DNA of 64,000 bases from an uncultured Pelagibacteraceae bacterium (GTDB lineage Bacteria; Pseudomonadota; Alphaproteobacteria; Pelagibacterales; Pelagibacteraceae). Below the pieces are notes generated by a model. It was given only the letters and a program-made list of their open reading frames with translations. It had not been told where the DNA came from and searched no databases. Location of the stretch: positions 910 through 64,909 of the forward strand of contig CACJFJ010000005.1 of assembly GCA_902592675.1 (NCBI GenBank). The letters run 5' to 3'. Every line of letters begins with the position of its first letter. Position 1 is the first letter of the stretch. Shown here piece after piece: positions 43,662 to 52,221 of this stretch. A program made the position numbers and the translations under genes.

Positions 43662-44112
43662 TAGGTAATATTTATTTACTATTATCTAAAGTATTACATT
43701 AAGTAATATTTATAAACTTCTGTATTTATTATATTTTATTAATAATTAAATTATATAATATTTTTAGTTATTATAACTTAAATTGACTTAATATGCTCCA
43801 TAAAAGTTTAAAATTTTGGAAATAATGAAAAAACAGCAAATAATCTATGTAAATAAGGGTTTTTTAAACAATTAGGGCTAAGAATTTCCCTTAAAATGGA
43901 GGAGGCCAAAAGCATTGATATAGTTGAATAGTAGAGTGATGCGCTAATCGAATATACCATTTAAAAGGCCATAGAGGGGTCTATTTTAGGTGTAGTCTCA
44001 TATATGGTACAACTGAAGCGTGAATTAAATCATTTAGGAAAAAAATACATAAAAAGGTTAAAAAGTGTTAATTTTACTAACTTTTTTAACTTAAAAAAGC
44101 TTCAAAATAAGG

Positions 44113-44388
44113 CTAAATGGCTACTTTTTCAGATCTAAGTAATTTGAGCTTTTGCTTAATTCCACCTCTCCCAGAGTAGCCTCCAAGGGTCCCATCAGAC
44201 CTAATTACTCTGTGACAAGGTATTTTTGGGGCATATGGGTTTTTAGCACAAGCATTAGCCACAGCACGGGCTGATTTCGGGTTTTTTATGCTTATTGCAA
44301 CTTGTTTATAGGTCTTAACTTGACCTTTAGGTATAGTTTTTAAGTATTTCCAAACTTTTAGTTGAAATTTTGTGCCTTTGAGTGTCAT
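44113..44388 (-). CDS. ogt: single-domain O6-alkylguanine DNA alkyltransferase (MGMT family); likely start 44388 (MTLKGTKFQ)
   Basis: FQ..VW...IPKGQVKTY, ARAVANAC..NP, active-site IPCHRVI. The upstream in-frame extension runs through a structured RNA. Confidence 0.88.
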   Translation of the reverse strand: MTLKGTKFQLKVWKYLKTIPKGQVKTYKQVAISIKNPKSARAVANACAKNPYAPKIPCHRVIRSDGTLGGYSGRGGIKQKLKLLRSEKVAI

Positions 44389-44394
44389 ATAAGA

Positions 44395-44578
44395 AGAAAA
44401 ACCCCTGTTTCCTTGCACTTTGAAGGGTGCAAAGAACAGTTGTTTTTGGCACGTCGTTGATGCGCTACCGCCATGCCTCCCGCTCCACATGTTCAGCGAT
44501 GCTTTGTAGAGCTTTCTGCCCCCTGGAATTGTACCTCTCGGCTTTTCTCCAATTGGCCAGTTAAGAGTTGCCCCTTAA
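44395..44578 (-). ncRNA. GC-rich structured RNA / leader upstream of ogt, family not identified
   Basis: Hand count gives 91 G+C in 44401-44580 (~50%) in an otherwise AT-rich window. Several stems have G-U pairs on the minus strand but C-A mismatches on the plus strand. It ends in a hairpin followed by a U-tract. Confidence 0.75.
44396..44439 (-). terminator. intrinsic terminator-like hairpin at the 3' end of the structured RNA
   Basis: CUGUUCUUUGCAC-CCUUCAAA-GUGCAAGGAAACAG followed by GGGUUUUUC. Confidence 0.6.
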
Positions 44579-44676
44579 TTCATTCTCATATTATCAAAGT
44601 TAAATTAAATAGGGTATCACTAAATAGTTGTTTTTCTAAAATCTGTTATTTTTCTGTGAATTACGGTGATAACTTC

Positions 44677-44850
44677 CTATTTAGTCAACAAAATCAGGTA
44701 ACTTGCTAAAAAAATAATTGCCATTATAGATAAAAAAATTGTATTGAAGCTTTTTCCGGTGTTTCGATATTGAATTATAGTTAAAAACACAAAACCAATT
44801 GAACTGATTAAAAACCATACTGCAGGAATTTCGCCATCAATTGAACCCAT
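44677..44850 (-). CDS. 57-aa two-TM membrane microprotein (not in the supplied ORF track)
   Basis: ATG at 44850 to TAG at 44677: MGSIDGEIPAVWFLISSIGFVFLTIIQYRNTGKSFNTIFLSIMAIIFLASYLILLTK. Confidence 0.6.
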   Translation of the reverse strand: MGSIDGEIPAVWFLISSIGFVFLTIIQYRNTGKSFNTIFLSIMAIIFLASYLILLTK

Positions 44851-44894
44851 AATTTTTTTAATCTAAACTATTGACATTAAAAATCACTTGATAT

Positions 44895-44929
44895 ATTACT
44901 AATGATAATTAATTGTTATCAATAGTAAT
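44895..44929. repeat. 14-7-14 inverted repeat, putative tyrosine recombinase core site (lox/dif-like)
   Basis: ATTACTAATGATAA-TTAATTG-TTATCAATAGTAAT with 13/14 arm match. It ends 3 bp before the recombinase ATG; TTGACA is at 44871. Confidence 0.75.
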
Positions 44930-44932
44930 TAT

Positions 44933-45886
44933 ATGAACGAACTGACAACAGACCTAAAATCGCTTCATGAGGCAACTTTAAATAACCTCAAAAGCTCTAA
45001 AGCAAATAACACTTTAAGAGCATATAAATCAGACTTTAAAGATTTTGGAGCTTTTTGTGCTAAGCATGGTTTAAATTCATTACCATCTGAGCCTAAAATT
45101 GTTTCTTTATACCTAACCCATCTTTCTAAAAATTCAAAAATTAGCACCTTAAGAAGAAGATTAGTGTCAATTAGCATGGTACATAAACTTAAAGGTCATT
45201 ATTTAGATACAAAGCATCCAATTATTGTTGAAAACTTAATGGGAATAAGAAGAGTAAAAGGAAGCATTCAAAAAGGAAAAAAACCTATATTAATCAATCA
45301 TTTAAAATCTATAATTAATGTAATAGATGAACAAAAAATTGAGGATATTAAAAAGTTTAGAGACAAATCGATCATATTAGTTGGTTTTGGAGGTGGATTT
45401 AGACGAACTGAATTAATTTCAATCGATCATGAAGATTTAGAATTTGTACCCGAAGGTCTCAAAATCTCTATTAAAAGATCAAAAACAGATCAATTCGGCG
45501 AAGGAATGATTAAAGGTCTACCCTACTTCTCTAATAAAACTTATTGTCCAATTATCAATCTTAAAAAATGGCTAGAAATTTCTAAAATTAAATCTGGACC
45601 TATTTTTAGAAGATTTTCTAAAGGTTTATCTCTAACAGATAAAAGGTTAACCGACCAATCAGTAGTTTTATTAATGAAAGAATATTTGAATTTAGCAGGC
45701 ATAGAGAATAAAAATTTTGCAGGCCATAGTTTAAGATCTGGTTTTGCAACTGTTGCTGCAGAATTTGGTGCTGATGAACGTAGTATTATGGCAATGACTG
45801 GTCACAAAACAACACAAATGGTTAGAAGATACATTAGAGAAGCAAATATTTTTAAAAACAATGCATTAAATAAAATAAAGATATAA
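44933..45886 (+). CDS. Cre-like tyrosine recombinase
   Basis: N-terminal core-binding domain (NTLRAYKSDF...STLRRRL); catalytic R (GFRRTEL), K (RSKTDQ), HxxR (GHSLRSG), H (TGH) and Y (VRRY). Confidence 0.93.
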   Translation: MNELTTDLKSLHEATLNNLKSSKANNTLRAYKSDFKDFGAFCAKHGLNSLPSEPKIVSLYLTHLSKNSKISTLRRRLVSISMVHKLKGHYLDTKHPIIVENLMGIRRVKGSIQKGKKPILINHLKSIINVIDEQKIEDIKKFRDKSIILVGFGGGFRRTELISIDHEDLEFVPEGLKISIKRSKTDQFGEGMIKGLPYFSNKTYCPIINLKKWLEISKIKSGPIFRRFSKGLSLTDKRLTDQSVVLLMKEYLNLAGIENKNFAGHSLRSGFATVAAEFGADERSIMAMTGHKTTQMVRRYIREANIFKNNALNKIKI

Positions 45887-45905
45887 TAAAAAAAAGTGCT
45901 TAAAA

Positions 45906-46586
45906 TTAAATCTTATTTAATGTTTCTTTATAATCAAAAATATTCATAAATTCTTTATGATTATGATAATAGTCTTTAAACTTAAGTTTACTAAAATCAT
46001 TAATATCTAATTTTAATAATCTTTTATTTTCAGAAATTTGTATTATAGCAACTCCAAAATCTATTTGAGATGTAAATATATTAAGATTATTTTTAGTTCT
46101 TAATTCAACAATGGCTTTCCAAACATCACCATTCCATGATGCTCTATATCTTGGCACAGCTTGTTGAGCTAAAGATCTAGGCAAACAATCATGAACTAAT
46201 ATAAAACCATTTTCGTTTAATATTTTAAGAGAATTATTTATATCTTTTAGTACCTGTGAATAATGATGAAGTCCATCTATAAAGATAATATCAAATTTTT
46301 TTTTGTTTAGATCGAAGAATTCATCACTAGTTGATCTAATAGTGCCACCTTCAATAGGATCAACGCCTATTTTATTATCAATCTTGATTTTAGAAAAAGA
46401 TTGGTTTTTGTCACATCCAATTTCTAAATAATTTTTGAGATTATATTTATCGATAATATGTTGTATTAAATCCCATCTATATATATCTGGTGGAAATACT
46501 AATTTTAACTTTTTATTGAATCTTTCAACAAATAAAAAATAATAAATTCTATTAATAAACATTTTAATAATATTTAGTTTTTCCAT
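45906..46586 (-). CDS. class I SAM-dependent methyltransferase (Methyltransf_24-like)
   Basis: YLEIG, GVDP, FDIIFIDGLH, VHDC. Confidence 0.82.
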   Translation of the reverse strand: MEKLNIIKMFINRIYYFLFVERFNKKLKLVFPPDIYRWDLIQHIIDKYNLKNYLEIGCDKNQSFSKIKIDNKIGVDPIEGGTIRSTSDEFFDLNKKKFDIIFIDGLHHYSQVLKDINNSLKILNENGFILVHDCLPRSLAQQAVPRYRASWNGDVWKAIVELRTKNNLNIFTSQIDFGVAIIQISENKRLLKLDINDFSKLKFKDYYHNHKEFMNIFDYKETLNKI

Positions 46587-46591
46587 TAGTC

Positions 46592-47473
46592 TTAATATAA
46601 AATTAGGTAAAGTTTTGATATGTATAAAATTATTGATAAAATACGTAACAAATTTTTAAAAGATTTATTAAATTTAAATTTTATAATATTGATAAAAAAT
46701 CTTTGTAAATAATCAAAAAAATTGACAAGTATTTTTTTATATAAATTAAAAAAATTAGTTTTTTTTTTATAATAGATATATTCAGAAACTTTATGAATTA
46801 TTGATAATTTACAGTTTTGTAAAAAAGAGTTATCTGCAGATAGACCCTGTAAATGTATCATTCTTGACTCAGGTATTTCAATAATTGACTTATTTTTCTC
46901 AACAGTTTTGTCACATAAATCATTATCTTCAAAATACATAAATAAATCTTTATCAAAACCACCCATTTCATCAAAAAAATCTTTTTTGATTAAAAAAGCA
47001 CAACCAACTGCAAATTGGTAACAGGTATGACCCTCAGCCTTTTTGTTATTCAAAATATTTTTTTTACTTATCTTTTCTCTATTTAAATATGAAAGACTGC
47101 CATTAGTTCTTCTGTTATTATTATTATCGTATAAGGCAGGGGCTAAGATTCCTATATTCTCATAATTAAAATAAGCCTTATATAAGATTTCAATAGAGAC
47201 ACTCTCAACCAAAATATCCGGATTTAAAATAAGAATAAATGGAGTTTTACTTTCTGATACACCTAAATTATTACCCTTTCCATATCCTAAATTCTTTTTT
47301 GTTTTTATATATTTTATGTTTTTTAATCCCTCCACTAACAAACGAATTTCATCAGATTTTGAATTATCTACAATAATTGTTTTAAATTTACTTATTTCAG
47401 ATAAATTTTTTTGGATCAATTTGTAACTATTAAAGCAAACTATTATAAGTGTTATGTCATTATAAATATTCAT
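46592..47473 (-). CDS. glycosyltransferase family 2
   Basis: IVDN, NLGYGKGNNLG, LNPD, GGFD..FMYFEDND. Confidence 0.9.
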   Translation of the reverse strand: MNIYNDITLIIVCFNSYKLIQKNLSEISKFKTIIVDNSKSDEIRLLVEGLKNIKYIKTKKNLGYGKGNNLGVSESKTPFILILNPDILVESVSIEILYKAYFNYENIGILAPALYDNNNNRRTNGSLSYLNREKISKKNILNNKKAEGHTCYQFAVGCAFLIKKDFFDEMGGFDKDLFMYFEDNDLCDKTVEKNKSIIEIPESRMIHLQGLSADNSFLQNCKLSIIHKVSEYIYYKKKTNFFNLYKKILVNFFDYLQRFFINIIKFKFNKSFKNLLRILSIILYISKLYLILY

Positions 47474-48477
47474 TTTGTGCTAAACAACTTAACCCACTTT
47501 TTTTTTATCTTATTTAAATGATATTTTTTTGAACTCTTAATTGAATTATTTATGTATTTATTTTTATTAGACTGGTCTTTGTCTATCAATTCTAAGATTT
47601 TAATAGATAAAGATTTATAATCTTTCACGATAAAACCATTATAATTATTTTTAATTATATTTTTCAATACAGTTTTACCAAAAGTTATAACAGGTAAACC
47701 ACATGCATTAGCTTCTATTGCATTTAGACAAAAAGTTTCATCATATCCAAGACATATCATTCCTAAAGAAGTTTCGTATATTTTTTTCAATTTATCTTTT
47801 TTTACCCTTCCAAAAAAAATTATATTATATTTTTTGTAATAATTTTTTAATTTTATAAATTTACTTTTATCAATACCGAAAATAAATAGTTTGGTTTTTT
47901 TATTTTTTGGATAAATATAATTCACCCATATGTCCATCGTTTCTTTTAATCCCTTTTCTCTCTGTACAGACCATATTAAGTTGTTTTTTCTTTTATAATT
48001 AGATTTGTTTACAATGAATTTATTTGACAGGAAATTAGGTATAATAATTTTTTTATTAAATAAATATAAATTTGACGTTTGGCTTTCAAGATATTTACTT
48101 ACAAAAACTGCGGTTATATTATTTTTTAGAATTGATAATAATTTATTTTTTCTAAAGGCTTTTTCAATAGCTAAAGTATTGTGCATCCATAATATTTTTT
48201 TTGAATTTCTAAACGAATTAAAAATATTTGGATAGTTTGAACTTACAATAATATCAAATCTGATATTATCTTTATAATTATTTATATTCTTAATTGGAAT
48301 ATTTTTAAGATTTTTTTTTTTTATTTCTTTACTGCAATAAGTTGCTAAATATATATTAAATTTTTTTTTGGCAAGATTCTTGCAGAGTTCAATATTCAAA
48401 CTTTCTATTCCACCTAAAGACAAAAGATTTTTTGAATTAATATTAAATCTGAAAGGACAATAAAATAAGATATTCAT
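47470..48477 (-). CDS. glycosyltransferase family 4
   Basis: GGIE, KGL, ETFCLNAIEANACGLPVI (ExF...E motif). Confidence 0.88.
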   Translation of the reverse strand: MNILFYCPFRFNINSKNLLSLGGIESLNIELCKNLAKKKFNIYLATYCSKEIKKKNLKNIPIKNINNYKDNIRFDIIVSSNYPNIFNSFRNSKKILWMHNTLAIEKAFRKNKLLSILKNNITAVFVSKYLESQTSNLYLFNKKIIIPNFLSNKFIVNKSNYKRKNNLIWSVQREKGLKETMDIWVNYIYPKNKKTKLFIFGIDKSKFIKLKNYYKKYNIIFFGRVKKDKLKKIYETSLGMICLGYDETFCLNAIEANACGLPVITFGKTVLKNIIKNNYNGFIVKDYKSLSIKILELIDKDQSNKNKYINNSIKSSKKYHLNKIKKKWVKLFSTK

Positions 48478-49358
48478 TTTGATCTTATTGAAGAAAAGAT
48501 TTTATAATAATAATACGAAAATTTATCCTTAATTAGATCAATATAATATATTAAATCTTTTTTTGGTTCATTAAGATTTTCATTATTAAAAAGGTGTGAT
48601 TTTAAATAATGTTTTTTAAAGAATTTAATCGAAATACCCCATTTCAATAAAAAAATTTTATTTGCTAATGATCCGTGATTCTTCTTAAAAAAAGATTTTT
48701 GATTTTTATGAATTGTAATTGATCCAAAATGATATACTTTTGATTTTCCTAAACATTTAAAAATTCTAACACCTGATTTCCATAATTTCATATTCAAATC
48801 AGGATCTGAGCCCATTCCTGGTGAAAATTCCTCACTAAATCCGCCTACTTTATTCCATAAATCTTTGTGTATCAAATGAGGCGCCCAGGTTGAGCCTTGA
48901 AAGTCATCATGATTAAGATTTTGATAGTTTTCTAAAAGATATTTTTCATTAAAATTTTCTACTGTATCTCCAGCATGAAAATTTAAATGACCACTTAATT
49001 TAGGATCACCATTGATCATTATACTTGATAAGTAAAATTTGTTTGTATTTATTGATTTTACTTCCTCCATTAATAAAAAATCCCAATTAGGTAAAAAATA
49101 CATATCATCATGAGCATAAAGGATATAATCATAGGTACTAAGTTTACTAACTCTATTACAGCCCTTACAAAGTCCATCATTAATAGGTGAATGAGTAAAT
49201 TTAATTTTTTCTTGTTTAATAAATTCAATCGTACCGTCATTTCCTTCATTAACATGTACTAAAATTTCATTTTTAAAATGAGAATTTTTTTTTAAACTAT
49301 TAATACATAATCTAAGATATTCTAAATTATTGAATGTAGGTATTATTATTGAAATCAT
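48474..49358 (-). CDS. glycosyltransferase family 2 (likely start 49358)
   Basis: MISIIIPTFN, HDD, VGGFSEEF..G..DPD; ATGA overlap with the upstream FkbM gene stop. Confidence 0.88.
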   Translation of the reverse strand: MISIIIPTFNNLEYLRLCINSLKKNSHFKNEILVHVNEGNDGTIEFIKQEKIKFTHSPINDGLCKGCNRVSKLSTYDYILYAHDDMYFLPNWDFLLMEEVKSINTNKFYLSSIMINGDPKLSGHLNFHAGDTVENFNEKYLLENYQNLNHDDFQGSTWAPHLIHKDLWNKVGGFSEEFSPGMGSDPDLNMKLWKSGVRIFKCLGKSKVYHFGSITIHKNQKSFFKKNHGSLANKIFLLKWGISIKFFKKHYLKSHLFNNENLNEPKKDLIYYIDLIKDKFSYYYYKIFSSIRSK

Positions 49359-50104
49359 TTTTTGTTTGAAAAACTTGTTGAGATAAAAAGTAAATCGTCG
49401 TGTATCCAATTAACGAGCTTGTATTTGTGTTTTTTCATAAATTTATATGTTTCTGACCTTTCTATATTTTTAATATTCTGAAAATAAAATTCCTTCTTTT
49501 TTGGATCTAAAAATTCCAAAGCTACAACTTTTGGTTTGTACCTTTTAAAATCTAAACCTTTAAGAACATTTATTTCATTTCCCTCAACATCTATAGATAA
49601 GAAATCAATTTGCTGAATATTTAATTTACTATCTTTTAAAATATTATTTAAATTAGTTGTTTCAATATTTTTAATTAATTTTGCTCCTTTCCCGCTTTTT
49701 TTAGAGATAGTATTTTTTGGTGCTCTATTATGAAAAAAATAGAATTTAACTATATCTTTTTTATTTGAGACAGCAGCTTGTTTATTGTCATCATTTGGTC
49801 TGAAATAATTAAACATATTAATAGAGCTAAAATCTAAGTCTACATTTAAACCTTTCCAACCCTTTTTATGAAGTAAATAAGTATTATTATTTATAAATGG
49901 ATGATGACAACCAACATCAACATAAATTCCATTATCTTTATTTTTAAAAATATCACAAACAATAACATCTAAACCCCAATTAGAATTAATTATTCTAGGT
50001 TTAAATTTAAATTTCATAAATTGATAAAAAAAATATATAATTTTGAATAGATTTAGTTTCGATGAATATAAATATTTTGCTTTAAGTTTTTCTTCAATTT
50101 TCAT
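49355..50104 (-). CDS. FkbM family methyltransferase
   Basis: YVDVGCHHP...NNT, GWKG, IDFLSIDVEG.E..VL. Confidence 0.88.
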   Translation of the reverse strand: MKIEEKLKAKYLYSSKLNLFKIIYFFYQFMKFKFKPRIINSNWGLDVIVCDIFKNKDNGIYVDVGCHHPFINNNTYLLHKKGWKGLNVDLDFSSINMFNYFRPNDDNKQAAVSNKKDIVKFYFFHNRAPKNTISKKSGKGAKLIKNIETTNLNNILKDSKLNIQQIDFLSIDVEGNEINVLKGLDFKRYKPKVVALEFLDPKKKEFYFQNIKNIERSETYKFMKKHKYKLVNWIHDDLLFISTSFSNKK

Positions 50105-52221
50105 TAATATAATTTTGTAGAATTGCCTAATGAAGTATCAATAATATATTTTGTTATTTTAAGTTCGTTGAATAGTTTAAAATATTTTTTCTTTCCATTT
50201 GCAGCAATCTTTTTTCTAATTTTAGGATTATCTTTATAAAATTTAATTTTATGGGAAAGATCATCAATATTTTCATATAGAATGATTTCATTTTGATTAA
50301 AAAAATCATCAATCTGTGTTTTTTTATCGATGAATGTTAATAAACCATTTCCAATAAGTGAGGCAATTCTGTTGCTGGAATAATATTTAGTTGGTAGTCC
50401 TCTACTTAGATTCAAACCCATTTTAGAATTTACTAAAGCTTGATAAAAATTATTACCCCAAATAGGTTCTTTGTTTTTAAACCCATAAAAATCGTAATTT
50501 ATATTTTGAAGTTTTCCAGTGAGTTTATTTAAAAAATTAATTCTATCATCTATTTTGCCCTTTTTTAGGGTTGCTCTGTTGACTCCGTGACTCATAGCGT
50601 AAAATAAATCCATTGCCGGATTTAGATTAAAAACATCAAAACACTCGATATTCTTATCAACTGGAACAAAGAAAAAATGTAAATTTTTAATAAATTTTGT
50701 TTGCTTATTTAAAACACTTGGGTGTGTTGTAATAAAATTATGATTAACGATGTCACTATATAGAGATATATTTTGTATGTTCTTTTTTGAGTAGTCCAAA
50801 CTTGGCATAACGGGATCTTCATTCCATTGAGAAATAATTAGACTTTTATTTTGCGACTTAATTTTATTTAGAGTTTGTAAATCAATATTATTCGTATGAC
50901 CAAAAATAAAAAAATCAGGATTATAATTTTTAAAAGTTTCGATTAAGTAATCTTGAAATTTTGAGTTCGTATTTCTTAATGGAAATAACCTATTTTGTCT
51001 CATAAAATCTCTATCGCTTATTTCTAAAACGTCATGACCATTTCTAATGAATCCATTTGTAAACTTTTTACCAATTGAAATATTGTAAAGTCTATGATTT
51101 AGTTTTTGTCCGGAGTTGTATAAATTAATAATCCTTAGCTTATTTTTAATGAAATTAAGACTAAAGTTATGAATCAATTTTTCTCTAATACTGTCAATTA
51201 ATAATGAATTATTCTTAATTGTATGTTTTACATTTTTAAAACCATTTAATTGTATTTTTTTTCTCAATTTATCATTTTTTATTAATTTTTTTATTTCAAT
51301 ATAAAGATCTTCGGCAGTTAATTTATTTAATATTACTCTATGATCTGTTGTTTCAGGTAAACCACCTCTATTAGAAATAATTGTTGCACAAGCTCTTGAT
51401 GATGATTCAAGTGCAGTTCTGCCAAATGGTTCTTCCCATCTTGATGGTACTACAGCTATTTGAGATTTATCTAAAAATTTTAAAACTTTTTTATGTTTTA
51501 AAAAACCTAATTCATGATGACGTGGATGATTTATAATTGGTCTCTCTCTACTTTCATCACCTATTGAAAATGCTTTCCATTTTGGAAATTCTTCTAATAT
51601 TTTAAGAATTGCATCTTTATAAATATCATAACCTTTCGACTCATTTAATTTTCCAACAAAAACAATATTATTGTTTTTTTTATAAATTTTTTTTTCTTTA
51701 TGAATACTTGGATATACAACTTCAGTTTTGTGTAGTAACTTTTGATCTAAATCTTTAAAGAATCTGTTTTGAGTCCACTTACTTACAAATATTATCTTAT
51801 CTACATTATTGAGTAAATTTATTCTTTCTGTGACAGTTTTTGAACCTTTCATAGATATTGGGTCGTTATGAAAGTATAAAATAAATTTTTGATCAATCTT
51901 TTTTTTTAAATATGTAAAAACTAATGGCCTGTTATGAATTTCAACTATATCAAAATCTTTATTTTTGATTGATGATATAAAATTGTTACAATATTCAATC
52001 GTTGTACTTTTCAATTTTGATTTTTTATCTAATGGGACATTGATATAATTTTTTGTTAAATAATCTCTAGTATTTGTGTTCCCAAAAATAAAATTATCTT
52101 TTTTATTTTTAGAATATTTAAAAAAATCACATACCCATATAGCTGCAGCTTGAGCCTTTGAAAAAGTATAGTTTTCTTTATATGGAAGTATTGTTGCAAT
52201 CCTAAGATTTTTTTTCCTCAT
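50104..52221 (-). CDS. two-module glycosyltransferase (GT4 plus CgeB-like GT-B)
   Basis: N-half FVGKL..KG, PSRWEEPFGRTALE; C-half SKMGLNLSR..YSSNRI...GNG. Confidence 0.85.
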   Translation of the reverse strand: MRKKNLRIATILPYKENYTFSKAQAAAIWVCDFFKYSKNKKDNFIFGNTNTRDYLTKNYINVPLDKKSKLKSTTIEYCNNFISSIKNKDFDIVEIHNRPLVFTYLKKKIDQKFILYFHNDPISMKGSKTVTERINLLNNVDKIIFVSKWTQNRFFKDLDQKLLHKTEVVYPSIHKEKKIYKKNNNIVFVGKLNESKGYDIYKDAILKILEEFPKWKAFSIGDESRERPIINHPRHHELGFLKHKKVLKFLDKSQIAVVPSRWEEPFGRTALESSSRACATIISNRGGLPETTDHRVILNKLTAEDLYIEIKKLIKNDKLRKKIQLNGFKNVKHTIKNNSLLIDSIREKLIHNFSLNFIKNKLRIINLYNSGQKLNHRLYNISIGKKFTNGFIRNGHDVLEISDRDFMRQNRLFPLRNTNSKFQDYLIETFKNYNPDFFIFGHTNNIDLQTLNKIKSQNKSLIISQWNEDPVMPSLDYSKKNIQNISLYSDIVNHNFITTHPSVLNKQTKFIKNLHFFFVPVDKNIECFDVFNLNPAMDLFYAMSHGVNRATLKKGKIDDRINFLNKLTGKLQNINYDFYGFKNKEPIWGNNFYQALVNSKMGLNLSRGLPTKYYSSNRIASLIGNGLLTFIDKKTQIDDFFNQNEIILYENIDDLSHKIKFYKDNPKIRKKIAANGKKKYFKLFNELKITKYIIDTSLGNSTKLY

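Noticed and set aside
43662-44112. oriC
   Set aside because: AT-rich, but I saw no TTATCCACA-type DnaA boxes, and flanking gene orientation is convergent rather than divergent.
44395-44578. tmRNA, RNase P RNA or SRP RNA as the identity of the GC-rich island (smpB is in the window)
   Set aside because: No CTCCACCA acceptor end or tag frame, no GAGGAAAGTCC, and no CAGG..GGAA..AGCAG motif. A faint 6S-like word (TACAATTCCAGGGGGC) exists, but I could not build the 6S rod by eye.
44389-44709. ORF 44473..44709 (+) and the N-terminal extension of ogt to 44490
   Set aside because: Both run through the structured RNA, where high GC removes stop codons, and neither shows protein-like motifs.
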